NCBI GenBank assembly: GCA_017383445.1
Contig: JAFNXQ010000020.1
Location: 35,561 to 99,560 of the forward strand
Direction of reading: 5' to 3'
Length of the DNA: 64,000 nucleotides
From: Alistipes sp.
GTDB taxonomy: Bacteria; Bacteroidota; Bacteroidia; Bacteroidales; Rikenellaceae
The first letter of the stretch is position 1; each line of letters begins with the position of its first letter. Position numbers and translations under genes: made by a program. Under the pieces are notes generated by a model. The model ran no database searches. It worked only from the letters and a program-made list of their open reading frames with translations, and was not told the origin of the DNA. Shown in pieces: positions 59,172 through 64,000 of this stretch.

Positions 59172-60377
59172 TTACAGTCCGAGAGCCTTGTTGCGAGTGA
59201 TGGCACAGATGCCTATCAAGCCCGCCGATTCGCCAAGTTTTGAGACCTTGATAGCGGTATCTTTTGAGACGAAATTCAAGGCATATTTATTTATCGCACT
59301 CTTGATTGGCAGCAGGAGGTAATCCTTTGCCGAACAGAGTGTTCCGCCCAGAATTATCACTTCGGGATTGAACATGTTGATAAGTCCTGCGATGGCTCTG
59401 CCGAGTGATGCTCCAATCTGTTCCATCACCTCGATTGCCAGCATATCTTCCTTATCCACTGCCTCCAGAATGTCGCGTACAGTGATCGTCTCTCCCGCCT
59501 CGTATTGGCTGGACAGCATCGAGATATTTCCCTGTTTGAGCTTCTCTATGAACTGGCGGTGTGCGGCACATCCCGACACCTCTGTTTCGAGGCAGCCGCG
59601 TTTGCCACAACTGCATATAATCTCGTTGTCGAAGAATGGGAAGTGTCCATACTCGCCGGAGAATCCCGACTTGCCGTAGTGTAGCTCGCCGCCGAGAATC
59701 ATTCCCACACCGAAACCCCAGCTCAAATTGAGGAAAATCATATCCTGCTCTCCGTTGCCCACGCCGTGAACGTACTCTCCGTAAGCCATTGCTCGTGAGT
59801 CATTTTCGATGAAAACGCGACAGCCGAGTCTCTCCTCCAATGCCGATGTCAGCGGTTTTTCGTCGAAGAAGAAATATGAGTAACTGTATCCCGTGTCGGG
59901 GTTGATGCGGCCCGGTATGTTGATACCTATGGCAAATAGCTTTTCGCGGCGTATGCGGGTGCTGGAGATGAACTGGTTTATCAGGTTGCACAACTCGTCA
60001 AACGATGCTCGCGTGTTTTCGATGGAGAAATCATATTGACGCTGCATCACCATATCGCCACGGAAGTTTATGATGCCCATTATGACTATGTCACGCTTGA
60101 TATCCACGCCCATAAAGTAGCCGGCCGAAGGGTTCAGTCCGTAGATGCTGGGGCGACGACCTCCCGTCGCCACCTGCTTGCCGAGGTCACACACCAGATT
60201 CTCCTCGATGAGAGTTCCTATGATTTTGGTTAGTGTAGGTACGCTGAGTCCGAGTTCTCGGCTGAGGTCGGCAATGCTCTCGCCTCCGTTTTTCATATAG
60301 CGACGCAGAATCTCCCTCTTTAATTGTGCCGATTTGTTACCACACTCCAATGCGTCTAAAAAGTTTGTTTTAGTCAT
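59172..60377 (-). CDS. ROK-family transcriptional repressor (NagC/XylR-like)
   Basis: N-terminal HTH (SIADLSRELGLSVPT), GGRRP, ENDSRA, GEYGH, CSCGKRGCLE. A TAACTTTG box lies at 60441-60448 on the minus strand. Confidence 0.92.
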   Translation of the reverse strand: MTKTNFLDALECGNKSAQLKREILRRYMKNGGESIADLSRELGLSVPTLTKIIGTLIEENLVCDLGKQVATGGRRPSIYGLNPSAGYFMGVDIKRDIVIMGIINFRGDMVMQRQYDFSIENTRASFDELCNLINQFISSTRIRREKLFAIGINIPGRINPDTGYSYSYFFFDEKPLTSALEERLGCRVFIENDSRAMAYGEYVHGVGNGEQDMIFLNLSWGFGVGMILGGELHYGKSGFSGEYGHFPFFDNEIICSCGKRGCLETEVSGCAAHRQFIEKLKQGNISMLSSQYEAGETITVRDILEAVDKEDMLAIEVMEQIGASLGRAIAGLINMFNPEVIILGGTLCSAKDYLLLPIKSAINKYALNFVSKDTAIKVSKLGESAGLIGICAITRNKALGL

Positions 60378-60559
60378 AAATGGACTGGAATAAGTTTAAT
60401 TTCTTCACCCTGAAGGGGCCATAAAAAGGCATACCAACTACAAAGTTAATAAAAATGTGGGTAAAAATGCAATAAAAGTTGTTTAATTGTGGTCAATGGC
60501 AAACATTTTAATTTTTTTTATAAAGATTTGGCTGTATGTTGATTTTTTTTGAAGAGTTG

Positions 60560-60592
60560 TTTGGAAAACAAATATATTTTTTATTATCTTTG
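60560..60592 (+). promoter_or_regulatory. Bacteroidota promoter of the 718-aa lipoprotein gene
   Basis: TTTG (60560-60563), a 21 nt spacer, then TATCTTTG (60585-60592). Confidence 0.65.
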
Positions 60593-60714
60593 TTCCATAA
60601 AGTGTGTATCCGTATCAGAATGAGGCATAATCTTGTTTGGAACGTTGGCGGATATATGCGTTGTTGGGTTGGGAAAATATTTTGAATTAACCTAAAAATA
60701 TTAAATGTAACATT

Positions 60715-62871
60715 ATGAAAAAATTACTTTACTTGGTAGCTGCGGCTTGTGTGCTGTTCGCTTCTTGCGAGGGCTATGATGACACTGCTCTCAAAAATCA
60801 GATCCAGGGTATTGAGGATCGTCTGACAGAGCTTGAAAAGACTGTTGTGGCTCTTAATCAGGACATTGCTGGCGTCGAGACTTTGGTTGATGCTATGCAG
60901 AAGAATGTCTATGTTTCTCGTATTGTCGAGGGCGAGACTGGTTATACTGTTTATTTCACCAACGGTGAGCAGATTACTATTGCTAACGGTAAGGACGGTG
61001 CTGCCGGTAAGGATGGCGTAACCGTTACTGTTAAGCTCGACGAGGCTGACGGCCAGTACTACTGGGCTGTTGTTAAGGATGGCGTTACTTCATTCATCGA
61101 GGTTGATGGCAAGCGTCTTATCGTTAAGGGTGAGAAGGGTAACACTCCTCTTATGCGTGTTGTAATGGAGGGTGAGACCGGCTATTGGGAGGTTAGCTAC
61201 GACAATGGCGAGACCTACGAGCGCGTTAAGTTGGCTGATGGTACTCCCGTTACTACTTCAGGTGGTGCAGGTGGTTTGTTCAAGGCTGCTTACATCGACG
61301 AGGAGACCAACACTGCTGTATTTGAGTTCCTCAATGGTGATACTATCGAGATTGAGCTCCGCAGTGCATTGTATATCAAGTTCAAGGGCGAGGAGCAGTT
61401 TGAGTCTGTTGCTTTTGACCTGGGTATGACAAAGAGCTTCGAGATGGAGGCTGAGGGCGTTTTGAAGACCGTTGTTACTACTCCCGACGAGTGGAAGGCT
61501 TCTTACGACAAGGCTACTGCTGTTTTGACCGTTACAGCTCCTTCTGCTGAGCACGCTTCTTGTGCTGACTTGAAGGGTGAGATCGCTTTGATCTACTTCG
61601 GTGAGGAGAACCAGAGCTCTGTATTGTCTTTCAACGCATATATCGGTGTATTTGTTACTGTTGCTGATGAGTATCTTTCACTCTCAACAGGTTCTGCCGA
61701 GCATACTTTCGAGGTTCCTTACACAACTACCGACGATGCTATCGAGGCTGTTGCTTCTGCCGAGTGGCTTACAGCTGTTGTTGAGGAGGGTATCGTTAAG
61801 ATTACCGCTTCAAAGAATGTTGTTGCTGACCGCGAGGGTACAGTTACCTTGAAGGCTGACGACAACGAGGTTGTTATCACTGTTAAGCAGACTTCAGGTG
61901 TTGCTCTTATCGAGCACGGTATGCGTATGGATAGCCCCGAGGTTATGTGGGCGAAGCCTATCAGCGAGATCGTAGCCGGTGCTACTTCTATCGCAGCTGT
62001 TGGTGATGACTACCTCGTAGTAAATGCTCCTAAAGCAGCTCCCGTTGTATTGAACGCTTTGACAGGTGAGAAGGTTGGTACTATCGACTTGGGTGTTATG
62101 GCAGGTGCCAATGCTCATATCACTGCTGACGATGCAGGTAACTTGGTTATCAGCTCATATCAGGAGGCTGACGGTTTCCGTATTGCTCGTATGAAGGGTA
62201 TTGAGGGTACTCCCGAGGTATTTATCACACGTGCAAGTGCAGACTATGGTAAGGATCTCTCAGTAATCGGTGATGTTTACGGTGCTTCTCGTATTACAAT
62301 GATGTACTCACCTTGGTCAACAGGTACTACAGGTCACTTGTTGTATCAGACTGTTGATGGTGTTGCTGATAGTGGTTACTGGTCAAAGATTGCTGCCGGC
62401 ACTATTACAGTTAAGATTGACAACAACAATGGTGATGTTATCTATCGCGATATGGGTCAGGGTGCTCCTTACTTCATGGTTGGTTACTCAAGCAACCGCT
62501 TTGTATGGGCAGAGAATGGTACGGCTTTGGCTGTTCAGGATACAGGTGCTATAAACAGTGGTGCTGTATGTATCGATGTTGAGAAGTTCAACAACGCTTA
62601 CTACTTGGTTTCGGCAAGTGATACTTACTTTACTTATTCATTGAATGAGCCCGGTATCTTTATCGCAGACGTTACAAGCCTTGCACACTTCCAGGCTGGT
62701 GTAGTTCCTTTCTACACTGGTGAGGGCTATCAGGAGTGGGCTGTTGGTGCAGCAGGTGGTGAGACCGACGTTGCTCTTCACGCTTCATCTGACGGCGTTT
62801 ATATGTATGCTTACGTTCTTCACCCCAACGGTAAGATCGGTTGCGTACGCGTAGATTGCTTGGCAGAGTAA
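60715..62871 (+). CDS. Large surface lipoprotein: DUF4988/PL29-N-like coiled-coil region, BACON-like domain, and a C-terminal domain shared with the PUL SusE-position protein
   Basis: FASC..YDD lipobox, RL.ELEK coiled coil, GKDG repeats, W.VSYDNG, A.WL...N...DR.G.V.L BACON-like motif. Confidence 0.78.
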   Translation: MKKLLYLVAAACVLFASCEGYDDTALKNQIQGIEDRLTELEKTVVALNQDIAGVETLVDAMQKNVYVSRIVEGETGYTVYFTNGEQITIANGKDGAAGKDGVTVTVKLDEADGQYYWAVVKDGVTSFIEVDGKRLIVKGEKGNTPLMRVVMEGETGYWEVSYDNGETYERVKLADGTPVTTSGGAGGLFKAAYIDEETNTAVFEFLNGDTIEIELRSALYIKFKGEEQFESVAFDLGMTKSFEMEAEGVLKTVVTTPDEWKASYDKATAVLTVTAPSAEHASCADLKGEIALIYFGEENQSSVLSFNAYIGVFVTVADEYLSLSTGSAEHTFEVPYTTTDDAIEAVASAEWLTAVVEEGIVKITASKNVVADREGTVTLKADDNEVVITVKQTSGVALIEHGMRMDSPEVMWAKPISEIVAGATSIAAVGDDYLVVNAPKAAPVVLNALTGEKVGTIDLGVMAGANAHITADDAGNLVISSYQEADGFRIARMKGIEGTPEVFITRASADYGKDLSVIGDVYGASRITMMYSPWSTGTTGHLLYQTVDGVADSGYWSKIAAGTITVKIDNNNGDVIYRDMGQGAPYFMVGYSSNRFVWAENGTALAVQDTGAINSGAVCIDVEKFNNAYYLVSASDTYFTYSLNEPGIFIADVTSLAHFQAGVVPFYTGEGYQEWAVGAAGGETDVALHASSDGVYMYAYVLHPNGKIGCVRVDCLAE

Positions 62872-62918
62872 TTGCCTACCGGATAATAAATAAGGTAATA
62901 AGCATAAATAATAGGTAT

Positions 62919-62949
62919 GGGGGTTGTCTTTCGGGACAACCCCTTTTTT
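62919..62949 (+). terminator. Intrinsic terminator
   Basis: GGGGTTGTC-tttcgg-GACAACCCC followed by T6. Confidence 0.82.
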
Positions 62950-63147
62950 GTGTTGTGGGTGAAGGGTTTGTGGTCCAGCAAGCCTGAATGATATGGTCGC
63001 TGAAAAATAATTCACAAAAAGTTGCGTTTTTTTGTAGTGCAACGCCCACTTCGTGCGACTAATATGTTACGAATGATGAAATTCGTGTAATTGTGTGTGA
63101 ATTATATCAAAATTATTATATTTGCAACAACTAACATTTTTAGAACT

Positions 63148-64000
63148 ATGAAAAAACTACTTTTATTTGTCGTTGCCCTTGTTTTGGGTGCGACTTCGGC
63201 AGTTCAGGCACAGATCGACCCATCGCAGCCTATTCCCGCCGATAAGGAGATTCGTCAGGGCGTGTTGCCTAACGGCCTGACCTATTACATCCGTCATAAC
63301 GAGAAGCCAAAGGGCATGGCTAACTTCTATATCGTTCACGATGTAGGTGCTGCACAGGAGGGTGACAACCAGCAGGGTTTGGCTCACTTCCTTGAGCATA
63401 TGGCTTTCAACGGCACAAAGAACTACCCCGACAAGACTATGATCGAGTACTTGGAGAAGATTGGTGTAAAGTTCGGTGCTAACCTTAACGCTTTCACTTC
63501 GTGGGACTTGACACAGTACTTTATGACTGATGTCCCCGTGGCACGCGAGAGTGTTATCGACTCTACTTTGACCATTCTTCACGACTGGTCACACTTCATC
63601 GCTTTGGAGGAGGAGGAGATTGACAACGAGCGTGGCGTTATCAAGGAGGAGTTGCGTACACGTGACGGTGCTTCTTGGCGTTCGACTATCGCTATGTTGA
63701 AGGCTGTGGGTAAGGGCTCTATCTATGCCGAGCGTAACCTTATCGGTTACCTGGAGGGCTTGGAGAGCTTCACCTATCAGGATATCCGCGACTTCTATCA
63801 CAAGTGGTATCGCCCCGACTATCAGGCAGTTGTCGTAGTTGGTGATATCGATGTTGATGCCGTAGAGCATAAGATTAAGACCATCATGGCCGACATCCCC
63901 GCACCTGCGGCCGATGCAGCACAGAAGGAGGTTGTGGTTATCCCCGACAACGAGGAGCCTATCGTGAGCATCTTCACCGACCCCGAGCAGCAGTATTCAC
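63148..64000 (+). CDS. M16 zinc peptidase (PqqL-like), 3'-truncated by the window edge; absent from the ORF track
   Basis: ATG 63148 opens MKKLLLFVVAL..., then G.LPNGLTYYIRHN, GLAHFLEHMAFNG (HxxEH), NAFTS and ERGVI.EE. A TATATTTG box lies at 63117-63124. Confidence 0.9.
   Translation, partial: MKKLLLFVVALVLGATSAVQAQIDPSQPIPADKEIRQGVLPNGLTYYIRHNEKPKGMANFYIVHDVGAAQEGDNQQGLAHFLEHMAFNGTKNYPDKTMIEYLEKIGVKFGANLNAFTSWDLTQYFMTDVPVARESVIDSTLTILHDWSHFIALEEEEIDNERGVIKEELRTRDGASWRSTIAMLKAVGKGSIYAERNLIGYLEGLESFTYQDIRDFYHKWYRPDYQAVVVVGDIDVDAVEHKIKTIMADIPAPAADAAQKEVVVIPDNEEPIVSIFTDPEQQYS

Noticed and set aside
37948-60377. Canonical sialic acid (nan) utilisation locus
   Set aside because: AGE, ROK and SGNH genes are present, but there is no GH33 sialidase (no FRIP motif or Asp-boxes) and no Neu5Ac lyase in the window.
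1-64000. CRISPR arrays, IS elements, prophage, tandem repeat arrays or programmed frameshifts
   Set aside because: No regularly spaced repeats, transposase or phage genes, or split reading frames were seen by eye. Short or degenerate repeats could have been missed without computation.

Overview
Gene-dense window from a Bacteroidota genome, probably Rikenellaceae/Alistipes-like (inferred from TAnnTTTG promoters, a SusC/SusD pair and gene content). In order it holds: the 3' end of a CCA-adding enzyme; a FUSC-like membrane gene; a complete urease island (ureABCEFGD, urea transporter, NikMN/Q/O-type ECF transporter) behind a consensus sigma54 promoter that sits back-to-back with crcB; a B12-dependent methylaspartate glutamate-fermentation operon (glmS-glmL-glmE-mal, AtuA-like, DUF4387-like) with a divergent class I fumarase/mesaconase; hpf and xerC; a Gfo/Idh/MocA plus HEAT-repeat/DUF1080 pair; an RND efflux pump; tRNA-Glu(CTC); a BASS-PlsC-Omp85-SDR operon; gdhA; a ~22 kb ROK-linked polysaccharide utilization locus (PUL); a divergent large lipoprotein; and the start of an M16 peptidase. 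The best candidate for an undescribed system is the PUL. It has no sialidase or sialate lyase but combines a NAGPA-type phosphodiester glycosidase, two GHL10-like hydrolases, a metallophosphoesterase, two SGNH esterases, an HGSNAT-like acetyltransferase, an AmpG-like permease, a cytoplasmic DUF4434-like hydrolase and a GlcNAc/ManNAc 2-epimerase. That set fits foraging on phosphodiester-linked, ManNAc-containing bacterial wall polymers such as teichoic acid linkage units. The second candidate is the AtuA/DUF4387 pair as the missing citramalate-cleaving enzyme. All family calls come from motif recognition, not database searches. No CRISPR array, IS element or prophage was seen.
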